From an uncultured Bacteroidales bacterium (GTDB taxonomy: Bacteria; Bacteroidota; Bacteroidia; Bacteroidales; VadinHA17), in the NCBI GenBank assembly GCA_963840965.1, contig CAWJAW010000002.1, positions 205,645 to 269,644 of the forward strand: a stretch of DNA of 64,000 nt. The letters are read 5' to 3'. Position numbers and translations under genes: made by a program. Below are positions 39,815-49,658 of this stretch, one piece after another. The first letter of the stretch is position 1, and the number at the start of each line of letters is the position of its first letter. The notes beneath the pieces are model-generated. The model worked only from the letters and a program-made list of their open reading frames with translations. It ran no database searches and was not told the DNA's origin.

Positions 39815-40127
39815 TAAAAAGAAAAAGGCATTCCTTATAACTGCCCTCTTCGCGGTAATAATTGCAGTTTCATTTGCAGTTGCCCGAAGAGGGCAGTTTT
39901 ATGAGGTGGCATTGTTCAGAAGCGGCAACGGATGGGGATATGATATCCTCAGAAAGGAAATAGTGTACATTCACCAGCCCTTTATGCCGGCAATTGAAGG
40001 CGAGAAGCCATTCAGGGATAAGAAATCGGCAAGGAAGACAGGCAGACTCGTTGTGAAAAAAATCCAGAAACATCAGTTACCGGCCGTCAGCAAAGAAGAA
40101 ATAAAGTCGATTATCGGCGACTGGTAA
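39807..40127 (+). CDS. DUF4907-like small protein
   Basis: N-terminal TM; GWGYDI...YIHQPFMPAIEG.KPF....A.K.G.LV..K.....P; overlaps the Kelch stop. Confidence 0.8.
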   Translation: MTDKKKKAFLITALFAVIIAVSFAVARRGQFYEVALFRSGNGWGYDILRKEIVYIHQPFMPAIEGEKPFRDKKSARKTGRLVVKKIQKHQLPAVSKEEIKSIIGDW

Positions 40128-40147
40128 GCATTCCTGCCGAAGATACT

Positions 40148-41320
40148 TTATGGATAGAGCAGATACTTCTCCCTTATCCGCGCAAAACTCCCAAGACCGC
40201 TAAGCCATGTTTCACTGATCTCACCGGCACTCATGCCGCTTATTATCTGCTCCCTTATGACCGGACCTCCGGCCAGAACATCAAAATAGGGCGTGAAGAA
40301 ATCATTCTTATCCGGATATTTGTTCCAGGCATCAATCACCCAGCCCAGATTAATCCCAGGTGACGGTACTATCCCGTCGGCCAGTGCATTGCGTAGATCG
40401 GTGCCATAGCAAAGCTGGCCAAGAAGCGGCGGATTCCTTGCCCCGCTAACACTTTCAGGGGTGAAACTGAAGCCGCTGTCGGGAAGTTTCGGAGATCCGT
40501 AAACCTGAAACGGGAAAGAGGTTCCCCTCCCAAGCGAAAGCGTCGTACCCTCAAAAAAGCAGGTGGAGGGATAGAGGTATACCGAATTCTGATTCGGAAG
40601 ATTCGGCGAAGGCCTTACAGGCAGTTCGTAATACGTCTGATGAGTGTAATTACGGCAAGGTATGACGGTCAGCCTGCATCTGACTCCATCCTTCAGCCAT
40701 CCTTCCCCGTTTATCATCTGTGCATATTCACCTATAGTCATTCCATGAACAATCGGCACCGGATGCATCCCGACAAAAGACCTGTGAGCGGTGTCAAGTA
40801 TGTTCCCGTCAACATAAAAACCATTTGGATTGGGCCTGTCGAGAACAATGCATTCAACATTATTCTCGGCGCAGGCCTCCATGACATAGTGAAGGGTTGA
40901 AATGTAAGTGTAAAATCTGACCCCGACATCCTGAATATCGAAAAGAACCGCGCTGATACCCTCAAGATCTTCAGGCAGCGGTTTGAAATGGCCGCCGTAA
41001 AGACTGATTATGGGAATGCCGGTTGATGCATCCTTTCCGTCCTCAATGTAATCGCCTGCATCGGCCAGATCCCTGAACCCGTGCTCGGGAGCAAAGATGG
41101 CCCTAAGGTTGAAGCCTGAACTCTTAAGAGTATCAACCAGGTGAGCCGTGCCGACCATTGAGGTCTGGTTTGCCACAACCGCAACAGGTTTCCCGGCAAT
41201 AATATCCCTGTACCTGTCGATCTGCCAGGCTCCCGGAACAGTTGGCTCAACCGGTCTGTTGCATGATACCTGAATCCCGAAAGCGGCCATGAGAAGAACA
41301 ACAAGACCTGACTTTTTCAT
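40148..41320 (-). CDS. namZ: Exo-beta-N-acetylmuramidase NamZ family (DUF1343) lipoprotein
   Basis: VANQTS, FAPEHGF, FDIQDVGVRFYTY, LDRPNP, HGMTIGE, PSPNLP, GRGT..PFQ, KYLLYP. Confidence 0.88.
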   Translation of the reverse strand: MKKSGLVVLLMAAFGIQVSCNRPVEPTVPGAWQIDRYRDIIAGKPVAVVANQTSMVGTAHLVDTLKSSGFNLRAIFAPEHGFRDLADAGDYIEDGKDASTGIPIISLYGGHFKPLPEDLEGISAVLFDIQDVGVRFYTYISTLHYVMEACAENNVECIVLDRPNPNGFYVDGNILDTAHRSFVGMHPVPIVHGMTIGEYAQMINGEGWLKDGVRCRLTVIPCRNYTHQTYYELPVRPSPNLPNQNSVYLYPSTCFFEGTTLSLGRGTSFPFQVYGSPKLPDSGFSFTPESVSGARNPPLLGQLCYGTDLRNALADGIVPSPGINLGWVIDAWNKYPDKNDFFTPYFDVLAGGPVIREQIISGMSAGEISETWLSGLGSFARIREKYLLYP

Positions 41321-41361
41321 CTGACTGTGTTTTGCTTATGTAAATCTAACATTTTTATACT

Positions 41362-41369
41362 TATTTTTG
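41362..41369 (+). promoter_or_regulatory. -7 promoter element for the LolC/E-like gene
   Basis: TATTTTG-type match TATTTTTG, 15 bp upstream of the ATG. Confidence 0.55.
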
Positions 41370-41384
41370 ACATGACTTTATTTT

Positions 41385-42629
41385 ATGAACCTTCCGTATT
41401 TCATAGCCCGGCGTCTCATAAGGGGACGGACCGAGAAGACTTCATTCTCGAGGCCGATAAATGTGATCGCCATTGTGGGCATTGCCATGGGACTGGCAGT
41501 TATGATAATCGCAGTTGCGGTTCTTACAGGTTTTAAACAACAGATCCGCGACAAAATAGTGGGATTCGGTTCAAATATCCAGATCCTCAACTTTGACTCC
41601 AACCTTTCGCTCGAAACCATACCGGTTAGCGACACTCAGGCTTTTATTCCCAGGATAAGGGAAATGGACGGTATAAGACATGTCCAGGTTTTCGCTACTA
41701 AAGCCGGAATTATTAAGACCACAGAAGCTATCCAGGGGGTGGTGCTGAAAGGTGTGGGAAGCGACTTCGACTGGGATTTCTTCAGAAGCAACATCATCGA
41801 CGGAAATGTATTCTCCGTTTCAGATAGCGGGCGCACAAATGAGGTGATCATTTCCGGAAAGATCTCCGACATGCTGCGCCTGAAAACAGGTGACTCATTT
41901 GCAATGTATTTTGTACAGGACCCTCCCCGCAGCCGCCGGTTTACAGTAAGCGGGATCTATGAAACCAGTCTCGAAGAGTTCGATAAGATGTATGTCTTCT
42001 GTGATATTGGCCATATTAAAAGGCTGAATGGCTGGACAGACGACCAGGTGAGCGGTTTTGAGATATTCATTGATGATTTCGACCGGCTCGACGAGATGAC
42101 GCTTGCAGTAAGGAACCAGGTGGGATACAGACTCCTGGAGGAAGAAACCAAATTCAAGGTAACCAACATTAGGTTAAGATACCCCCAGATTTTCGACTGG
42201 CTCAATTTCCAGGACATGAACGTCTTCATCATCATTACTCTTATGCTTCTTGTTGCAGGGTTCAACATGATCTCGGGACTTCTGATCATCATACTCGAAA
42301 AGACCAATATGATAGGAGTCTTCAAGGCTCTCGGATCGGATAACGGAACCATAAGGAAGATTTTCCTTTATCAGGCCGGCTGGCTTATTGCCAAAGGATT
42401 GCTGTGGGGGAATATCATCGGTCTGGGGCTTGCCTTTCTTCAGCTTAAAACAGGGATTATATCACTCGATCCCAGTTCCTACTATATCAAGACAGTTCCC
42501 GTAAACCTGGAAATGTCCCATATACTTATGCTCAACACAGGGACAATGATTATTATTATCCTTATGTTGCTCGTACCCTCACAGCTGATAAGCCGGATAA
42601 CGCCTGTAAAGGCTATCAGGTACGATTAG
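41385..42629 (+). CDS. LolC/E-family ABC transporter permease (lipoprotein release)
   Basis: YFIARRL, GIAMGLAVMIIAVAVLTGF, VAGFNMIS, EKTNMIGVFKALG, YYIKTVP, PVKAIRYD. Confidence 0.88.
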   Translation: MNLPYFIARRLIRGRTEKTSFSRPINVIAIVGIAMGLAVMIIAVAVLTGFKQQIRDKIVGFGSNIQILNFDSNLSLETIPVSDTQAFIPRIREMDGIRHVQVFATKAGIIKTTEAIQGVVLKGVGSDFDWDFFRSNIIDGNVFSVSDSGRTNEVIISGKISDMLRLKTGDSFAMYFVQDPPRSRRFTVSGIYETSLEEFDKMYVFCDIGHIKRLNGWTDDQVSGFEIFIDDFDRLDEMTLAVRNQVGYRLLEEETKFKVTNIRLRYPQIFDWLNFQDMNVFIIITLMLLVAGFNMISGLLIIILEKTNMIGVFKALGSDNGTIRKIFLYQAGWLIAKGLLWGNIIGLGLAFLQLKTGIISLDPSSYYIKTVPVNLEMSHILMLNTGTMIIIILMLLVPSQLISRITPVKAIRYD

Positions 42630-42637
42630 TTACCGGA

Positions 42638-43156
42638 TCAGAATTTCTCGTAAATCACCATCTCCTCTAAAGGCTTACGCTTTGCTGAATGTCTGTTGAT
42701 GTCGGCGCTATCGTCAGGATAGCCCAGAGGGAGTATTACAACAGGTTCAACCATGGAGGGAAGGTTCAGGGCTTTAACCAGACCATGCCTGTCGAAATTG
42801 CATACCCAGCATGTTGCCAGTCCTGCACTGGTCGCAGCAAGGGTAATATGGTCGGCCGCTATTGCAGCATCTATATCCGCCGAATCCTTGCCATCGCTTC
42901 TTTTCCACGAGCATGAATGATCGGAACAAACGACGATGCACAGAGGAGCCGTACGAAACCAATCGCGCGAATAGCACGATCGTACATTTTCGAGATTGCT
43001 GTCTCTGACCACCACAAAAAAGACCGGCTGATAGTTGACAGCCGAAGGTGCTATCCTTCCAGCATCAAGAACATAGTTCAGTTTCTCATCCTCAACGATC
43101 TGTTCTTTATACTTTCGTGAGGAATAACGCGATTTTGCCAGTTGATTGAAGTCCAT
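42638..43156 (-). CDS. Nitroreductase family protein
   Basis: RYSSRKY, APSAVNYQP, GLATCWVCNFD, LGYP, RKPLEE. Start set at ATG 43156. Confidence 0.9.
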   Translation of the reverse strand: MDFNQLAKSRYSSRKYKEQIVEDEKLNYVLDAGRIAPSAVNYQPVFFVVVRDSNLENVRSCYSRDWFRTAPLCIVVCSDHSCSWKRSDGKDSADIDAAIAADHITLAATSAGLATCWVCNFDRHGLVKALNLPSMVEPVVILPLGYPDDSADINRHSAKRKPLEEMVIYEKF

Positions 43157-43221
43157 GACAAATAATATTTGATATGTAATACGTCCAACTTCGCTTATGC
43201 CGGGCAAAAAGCTGAATACTA

Positions 43222-44688
43222 TTACCGTGAGAAACCATTGCCCGAATTATATGTCAGCGATTCCCCGTTCTCGGGAAGAATGTTCCTGTAATGCTCGTAA
43301 CGTTCGAGAATCTGGCTGACAAAAGCAACCGATTCCTTCCCCTTGAAATAACCAAACTTAACCACGCTGTCGTTATAATACTTCGGCTCGGCCTTTTTCA
43401 ACACCCACACAGCAACGCTGCCATCCCAAACCTGAGGATCCATGCCATTTTTTCCGGCAAGTCTCATGGCATCAAGTATATGCCCGGGTCCGGCATTATA
43501 CGCCGCAAGTATAAATTTAGTCCTTTCTTTTTCATCGGCAATCTTCGAATCAAAGATTTCATGAAGCCAATCGATGAATTTTACTCCCGCCCTTATGTTC
43601 AACTCCGGTGAAGCTGTAACATCAATACCGAAATGCTTGCCTGTTTCGGGCATTACCTGCATGAGCCCGTAGGCTCCCACTCTTGACACCACATCAGGGA
43701 TAAACCTCGATTCCTGGCAGATGAGCGACGCAAGCAGACGCCAGTCCCAGCCTATCTTCTCACTGTAAGTCTTTATAAGGTTGTCCCACTGAGATACTTT
43801 TCCGGACCTGAGAGAGTAATTGTCGCTCTTTAAAAATGTAACCGGGTTGGTGTTTCTGAAATATTTTGAGTACAGTATGGCGAAAGTCTGAGTCTCCCTG
43901 AATGTCTTTATCCACTGGTTGAGCTCATTTTCAAGCTGGCCGGAATTACTTTTACGGATTGCCCAGGCAAGGTTCTGATGACTGCTCAGTGTGGTTTTTA
44001 TATCGATATCCGGAAAACGGGTTGAATTTACCAATGCAATGTTCTGGTCGCAGACGGCAAATTCAATTTCGCCCTTACTGACCAGATCAATCAGACCTTC
44101 AGCCTCGAAAGGGACCTCAATGATTGTCATCGGTTCTACTGCCTCTACAGATAATGCATTAAGGTATTCGGCATGAGAAGAACCTTTCTGGACGTAAACG
44201 GTCAGATGCGAAAGTTCAAGCGGATTGCGGACAAGCTTTTCTTCAAGTTCTGCAGTTGTGAGAGATCTCCATCTGTTGGGTTTCCTCTGAACAAGGATCA
44301 TCCTGGTGCTGTCTAAAGATTCGGTAAATCTGATGTCTCTGCTGCGCGATGGAGTTACCGTCAGACCCATGGCCAGAAGATCGACCTGCCCTGTTTGAAG
44401 CATGGCAAAAGCATCTTCCACGCTGTTCCCGGTATGTATCTCAAGATCAATCCCAAGGTGATCGGAGAACGCTTTCAGAAGTTCATAGTGAAACCCCATG
44501 GGCTCACCTTTATACAGAAAATAATTGGCTGAGTTAAAATCAGTGATGACTATAAGCCTTCCTCTTGCCCTGATTGAATCAAGATCAAATAGTTCTGAAT
44601 TGTTTAGGATTTCTCCGGCCGGGTTTTTGGAACAGGAAAGGAAAAGGGTCCCGATTATGGCAAGTAAAACAAATAATCTCTTTATCAA
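43222..44688 (-). CDS. MltF-like lytic transglycosylase (SBP + SLT domains) lipoprotein
   Basis: Lipobox LFLS-C; IRARGRL, GEPMGF.YEL; SLT motifs QESRF, GAYGLMQVMP, AAYNAGPGH. TTG start. Confidence 0.9.
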   Translation of the reverse strand: MIKRLFVLLAIIGTLFLSCSKNPAGEILNNSELFDLDSIRARGRLIVITDFNSANYFLYKGEPMGFHYELLKAFSDHLGIDLEIHTGNSVEDAFAMLQTGQVDLLAMGLTVTPSRSRDIRFTESLDSTRMILVQRKPNRWRSLTTAELEEKLVRNPLELSHLTVYVQKGSSHAEYLNALSVEAVEPMTIIEVPFEAEGLIDLVSKGEIEFAVCDQNIALVNSTRFPDIDIKTTLSSHQNLAWAIRKSNSGQLENELNQWIKTFRETQTFAILYSKYFRNTNPVTFLKSDNYSLRSGKVSQWDNLIKTYSEKIGWDWRLLASLICQESRFIPDVVSRVGAYGLMQVMPETGKHFGIDVTASPELNIRAGVKFIDWLHEIFDSKIADEKERTKFILAAYNAGPGHILDAMRLAGKNGMDPQVWDGSVAVWVLKKAEPKYYNDSVVKFGYFKGKESVAFVSQILERYEHYRNILPENGESLTYNSGNGFSR

Positions 44689-44728
44689 AAAACGAATTTT
44701 AAATTAATCAATTCTTTATTTCCGGACA

Positions 44729-44736
44729 CAAAGATA
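44729..44736 (-). promoter_or_regulatory. -7 promoter element for the MltF-like gene
   Basis: TATCTTTG on minus strand. Confidence 0.6.
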
Positions 44737-44747
44737 ATAAAAAAATA

Positions 44748-46667
44748 TCAATCATAAAAAGTCCATGCCAGGCCATACCTGAACATCCTGACATTCATGG
44801 GGTATGAGGGAATCATGAAGTAATCGTAACCGGTGAATCCTGCATTGACATGGTCGAGCATCAGAAATATTCTTGTCCGGCGGATCTTCAGATTCATAAA
44901 GACATTAACGAACGGATAATTACCGGTTTCCACCCTGTTCTGCATATAGAACCTTCCGGTTGCCGGCATATAGGAATAAGCATTGTACGGGGTATGGTAC
45001 AACACCTCGGCTCCCACCTGCATGTTTAGCTGTCCGTTTGTCTGTCTGAAGTTGAAAAGATGTTCAAAAAAGCCGGTTGCCCTGGCGGTGGCCAGAGGCA
45101 GATCGAGAACATCCGGATTGCTTGACTGCTGAAAAAGAAGATCAGTTGTGAGATGGAATTTCCACGCCCTGAGATCCTTATTGGCATACACCGACACAAC
45201 CGACAGGCCGCCTCCATGCTGCGCCGGCATTGCCAGCGTATCGAAGCTGGTATAATTGTCTATCAAGGCATAATTGAACCTAAGTTCCATCTTCCTGGCC
45301 GGATAGGAGAAACTCGTACCGACATCGATCCGGAACTCCTTGTCCATGCTCTTTATCCATTCAAAATGGTTCCCTCCCCATTGTTCATACCAGAAAGAAG
45401 GCTGGCGGTTGGCGATAGCCCCGTTTATCCTCCATGATGCCAGACCTTTTTTGAAGCTGAACGACTTCGAGATCACCCCGTCGAGGTTGAAATCGCCAAA
45501 GCGGTATCCACTGAGAAAAAGCTCGCCGGTCGCCATCCAGTAGAACTTGTCTCCGATATTGTTGTAAAGCCTTCCGACAAGCACGTTATTATGTTTGTGC
45601 CATACAGCAGTATCAGCAAGCAGGGTATCGTGGGTGGGCACTATCTGACTGTATTTTACAAGTTCATTCCTTATCCCCACTCCGCCCGCAAGCCTGAACT
45701 TGCTGTTCTCATCCGTTGTAAAATCAAAACGAACGGTGTTTTTAATCGTCCTGGCAGAAAGGGAATCGAAGGTGCGGGTATTACTAATGTAAACAGAGTC
45801 ATAGAACCCCGAAGCAGGATTACTGTCTTCATAGGTTCTCCTGTTGCCGTCTACGGCAAGAATATGCGAGAATGATCCGCTGAGCCAGAACGGTTTGGCT
45901 GACACCCCTGTACTGTCTGTGGAAACAGATCCTTTCTTTCCGAGTGTGTAACGTTGAACCAGCATCAGGTTGCTGTTTCTCAAAAAACTTCTGGCATCGC
46001 TGAGCCCGCCCAGGTTTACCTCCACATTTTCGGGATCAAGCGTTTCAAGCTGACTAACATCACTTATTCCTCCGTTCTCGTAGGTTGCCATGTTATTCAG
46101 CCCGTATGCAAAATATGCCTTGTAATTGTCGCCCCTGTATGAACCGTTCAGGGTGAAGTTCTTGTCGCTGGACCGCTGGTAGGAGTACTGCCCAAGGTTA
46201 TATACTATATCGTAAACAAGCGCCAGGTTGAGTTTTCTGTTAACATTCTGGGAGTGCCTTATCCTGAATGTCTGTTCGGCCTGGTCGCGGGGACCGGCGT
46301 AAGTCCAGACAAATTCTGTAAAGGGAACCTGAGTGTTCATGAAAAGGTATCTCTCCGGCTGGTACATCAGAGGATAGAAGTTGCTGCTCAGGTACTTGTC
46401 GGGATCAGTGACTCTGTCGAAAAAATTCAGCTGGTAAAACGGAAGGCCATAGCTCCCGGGGTAAGCATTGAAGGGTGAATATTTGTCGGCCAGACGGTAA
46501 TGATTGAAAAGGGAGAAAGTTGTGTCGAAAGGAACCTTAACCTCTTCGGTCAGATCGGGGGAGAGTCTCCACATTTCTATTGTCCTGTGCCTGATTGTAT
46601 CCTGAGCCCCGGCATAGAAAACGGGATACAGGCAGGTTATCAGTAATATTGCAAAGGTTCGCCTCAT
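44748..46667 (-). CDS. Putative porin (Bacteroidota Porin_10-like beta-barrel)
   Basis: Signal peptide; NTQVPFT, HSQNVN, ENGGI, YMPATGRFY.Q, GNYP, terminal YGLAWTFYD. Start set at ATG 46667. Confidence 0.8.
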   Translation of the reverse strand: MRRTFAILLITCLYPVFYAGAQDTIRHRTIEMWRLSPDLTEEVKVPFDTTFSLFNHYRLADKYSPFNAYPGSYGLPFYQLNFFDRVTDPDKYLSSNFYPLMYQPERYLFMNTQVPFTEFVWTYAGPRDQAEQTFRIRHSQNVNRKLNLALVYDIVYNLGQYSYQRSSDKNFTLNGSYRGDNYKAYFAYGLNNMATYENGGISDVSQLETLDPENVEVNLGGLSDARSFLRNSNLMLVQRYTLGKKGSVSTDSTGVSAKPFWLSGSFSHILAVDGNRRTYEDSNPASGFYDSVYISNTRTFDSLSARTIKNTVRFDFTTDENSKFRLAGGVGIRNELVKYSQIVPTHDTLLADTAVWHKHNNVLVGRLYNNIGDKFYWMATGELFLSGYRFGDFNLDGVISKSFSFKKGLASWRINGAIANRQPSFWYEQWGGNHFEWIKSMDKEFRIDVGTSFSYPARKMELRFNYALIDNYTSFDTLAMPAQHGGGLSVVSVYANKDLRAWKFHLTTDLLFQQSSNPDVLDLPLATARATGFFEHLFNFRQTNGQLNMQVGAEVLYHTPYNAYSYMPATGRFYMQNRVETGNYPFVNVFMNLKIRRTRIFLMLDHVNAGFTGYDYFMIPSYPMNVRMFRYGLAWTFYD

Positions 46668-46673
46668 CAGCCG

Positions 46674-46681
46674 CAAATATA
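46674..46681 (-). promoter_or_regulatory. -7 promoter element abutting the porin start codon
   Basis: TATATTTG-CGGCTG-ATG on minus strand. Confidence 0.6.
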
Positions 46682-46725
46682 TGAAAATTATGCAAGCAGG
46701 ATGGTGCGGAGCGCAACTTCAAACA

Positions 46726-48213
46726 TCAATCAACATTATCGTTGAGATATGCATTGTTATCTCTGAGAACCGGTCCCTGACCGTCGGCAAGCTCTTCGAG
46801 GGTAAACTTGGAAACCTTGATGTCGTTTTCCTTGTCTTTGGGCGAAAGCACCATATTACGCCTGACATAAGCCGGAACATCCTCAAATGCTTCAATATTG
46901 TCCTTAATTATCTTATTGGAGAGCCCTTCCTTTTTGAAGAAGTTTTGCATATGCTTTACCTTCTGGAGGGTCGATTTCTGATTTTCCCTCTCTTCAATAA
47001 TTTCGGATTCTCTTTTGCTGCGTACCTGCGTCAGTTCTTCCATTGTCTCAGGATCGAAATGGAGCCTTCCCTGCTTTTCCTCCTCGAAATCAGACGATTC
47101 CTGGTGCGTGGATTTCTGCACTACAGAAAAAGTGTTTTCTCCCCTGTCGGGAATGATATGCGGAGGAACCGGATGGAGCTCTGCCAGAAGCTCAACCTTC
47201 CTGGGCTTCAGCTTTTTATAGGGTGTCAGAATGCTGTTCGACGGGAATCCCGTTGCAATGACAGTGACACTGATCTCCTTGCCAAGGCTCTCGTCCTGTG
47301 ACAGTCCCCTTATGATAAGTGCATCTTCCGAAGAAGCTTCATACATGTAATCAGTGATCTGACCGAGTTCATCCATAGTAAGCTCGTTCTCCCCTTTGCC
47401 CGATGCTATATTTACGAGTATACTCCTTGCGCCTGTGATGTCATTTGAATTCAGAAGTGGTGAGGAAAGAGCGTTTTCTATTGCAGTACGGGCCCTGTCT
47501 TCGCCTGAAGCCAGACCCATTCCCATTATTGCAACACCCGACTCCTTCATCACGGTTTCAACATCAGCGAAGTCAACGTTGATATAACCGGCTACCGTTA
47601 TAATTTCGGCTATCCCCTTAACTGCTGTTGCCAGAATATCATCGGCCTTGGCAAATGCTGCCGACACACCGAGATCACCATATATCTCGCGGAGTTTCTC
47701 ATTGTTTATGACAAGAAGTGAATCCACATGCTCTCCAAGGTGGCTGATGCCTTCGATAGCATAGTTGATCCTCACCTTTCCTTCCGATTTGAAAGGTATT
47801 GTAACCACTGCCACGGTAAGATATCCTGCGTCCCTGCAAGCTTTTGCGATTACGGGAATAGCCCCCGTGCCGGTGCCTCCTCCCATTCCGGTGGTCAGAA
47901 ACACCATTTTGGTATTGCCTCCGATGGCATCCATCACCTCGCCTATGTTCTCCATGGCAGCCTGGCGTCCAACCTCCGGCTTGCTTCCTGCACCCCGGCC
48001 TTCGGTAATAGAGGCACCAAGCTGGACTTTAACGGGCACCTGGCTTTTTGCCAGAGCCTGATGGTCGGTGTTGCAAACCACAAAATTGACATCCTTGATG
48101 CCTTTGTCGAACATGTGGTTAACTGCATTGTTGCCGCCGCCACCTATTCCGACAACCTTTATTATGGATGACCTCTCAACCGGAAGGTCAAAACTTATCA
48201 AATCATCTTCCAT
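46726..48213 (-). CDS. ftsZ: Cell division protein FtsZ
   Basis: GIGGGGNNA, GMGGGTGTG tubulin signature, INVDFAD, C-terminal VPAY.RR...NNAYLNDNVD. Confidence 0.98.
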   Translation of the reverse strand: MEDDLISFDLPVERSSIIKVVGIGGGGNNAVNHMFDKGIKDVNFVVCNTDHQALAKSQVPVKVQLGASITEGRGAGSKPEVGRQAAMENIGEVMDAIGGNTKMVFLTTGMGGGTGTGAIPVIAKACRDAGYLTVAVVTIPFKSEGKVRINYAIEGISHLGEHVDSLLVINNEKLREIYGDLGVSAAFAKADDILATAVKGIAEIITVAGYINVDFADVETVMKESGVAIMGMGLASGEDRARTAIENALSSPLLNSNDITGARSILVNIASGKGENELTMDELGQITDYMYEASSEDALIIRGLSQDESLGKEISVTVIATGFPSNSILTPYKKLKPRKVELLAELHPVPPHIIPDRGENTFSVVQKSTHQESSDFEEEKQGRLHFDPETMEELTQVRSKRESEIIEERENQKSTLQKVKHMQNFFKKEGLSNKIIKDNIEAFEDVPAYVRRNMVLSPKDKENDIKVSKFTLEELADGQGPVLRDNNAYLNDNVD

Positions 48214-48268
48214 GGTTTCTTTTTTTTATTTTTAATGAACAGCATTTTCCATTCGGCCAAACCAAAGG

Positions 48269-49636
48269 TCAGTTTATTGTCTGATCTTCCACCTCAAACA
48301 TCCTGGTGATCATCTGCTTTATTTTTTCAGTTATCGGAACCCTGTCGTGCATTACCGGCTCAGGCGCTTCTGCTTCCTCCGGGGCCTCAACCTGTATGCT
48401 TTCAGTCTTCCCGGTGACAGGCTTTCTGGTTTTTACAAAATCTTCCTTGCTACCGGCTTCGAACGATTTCTTGTATGTTTCCAGGTGGTCGATGCCCCTC
48501 AGAATAAGTCCGACAGCCGTTGCGTACATCGGCTGGTTAATTTCATCCTTTCCCTTGCCCGCAAGATGCTCATTGGGATAGCCAATCCTGACATCCATAG
48601 CAGTACGGAAATTCATTAGCTGGGAAAGGTGTTTCAGCATCGCCCCTCCTCCGGTTATTACAATTCCGGCTGCCAGCTTGTCGGCATAACCCGAATTCTG
48701 TATCTCGAAATTAATAATCTCAATTATCTCCTCCATCCTCGACTGTATGATTCCGGCAAGGCTTCTGAAGGATATCTCCTTCGGGTTCCTGCCGCTGATG
48801 CCAGGGATTGCCACAACCTTGTCTTCAGGTGCGATATCTCTGAGTGCAGAGCCATATTGGATCTTAAGCTGCTCGGCATGCCTTTCGAGTATTGCACAAC
48901 CTTCCTTGATATCTTTTGTGATCACATTACCGCCGAACGGTATTACCGCAGTATGTCTTATGATGTTGTCGTAATAAACTGCAAGGTCGGTTGTACCACC
49001 GCCGATATCGACCAGAACAACACCGGCTTCCTTCTCATCTTCAGTAAGCACCGCATCGGCTGATGCCAGTGGTTCAAGGATAAGATCCTTGAGTTTCAGG
49101 TCGGCCCTCTGAACACATCTCTCGATGTTCTTGGCAGCAGCGACCCGGCCTATGACAATATGAAAGTTGGCCTCCAGCTGATGACCGCAGATACCGATTG
49201 GATTCTTGATTCCCGGTTCATTGTCGATAATGAAAACCTGTGGAATCACATGAATTATCTCCTCCCCCATCTCCACATGTATCTTGTACATGTCTTCGAT
49301 AAGCTTGAAGACTTCTTCCTTCTTTATTTCGTCGTCGAAGTCGTCACGCATCCTTGAGCCGCGGGTCTTGATGCTTCTGATGTGCTGACCCGCAATGCCT
49401 ACAAAGACCTCATGAAAAACAACTCCGGTTGTTTTCTGAACATCGTCGACAGTTGCCTGAATAGCATTGACAGTCTCTTCAATATTCTGAACAACTCCTC
49501 TCCTGACGCCCGTTGAAGGAGCCTTGCTTATTCCGAGAATCTCAATTTTGCCGTTCTCGTTTTTTTTACCGACAATGGCCACAATCTTTGTTGTTCCAAT
49601 GTCGATTGCTGCTACATACTGTTCCTTTTTGCTCAT
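48269..49636 (-). CDS. ftsA: Cell division protein FtsA
   Basis: AIDIGTTKI, VGIAG, DIGGGTTD, ITGGG, YATAVGL. Confidence 0.97.
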   Translation of the reverse strand: MSKKEQYVAAIDIGTTKIVAIVGKKNENGKIEILGISKAPSTGVRRGVVQNIEETVNAIQATVDDVQKTTGVVFHEVFVGIAGQHIRSIKTRGSRMRDDFDDEIKKEEVFKLIEDMYKIHVEMGEEIIHVIPQVFIIDNEPGIKNPIGICGHQLEANFHIVIGRVAAAKNIERCVQRADLKLKDLILEPLASADAVLTEDEKEAGVVLVDIGGGTTDLAVYYDNIIRHTAVIPFGGNVITKDIKEGCAILERHAEQLKIQYGSALRDIAPEDKVVAIPGISGRNPKEISFRSLAGIIQSRMEEIIEIINFEIQNSGYADKLAAGIVITGGGAMLKHLSQLMNFRTAMDVRIGYPNEHLAGKGKDEINQPMYATAVGLILRGIDHLETYKKSFEAGSKEDFVKTRKPVTGKTESIQVEAPEEAEAPEPVMHDRVPITEKIKQMITRMFEVEDQTIN

Positions 49637-49658
49637 AGTCTGATATATGGATTATTCT

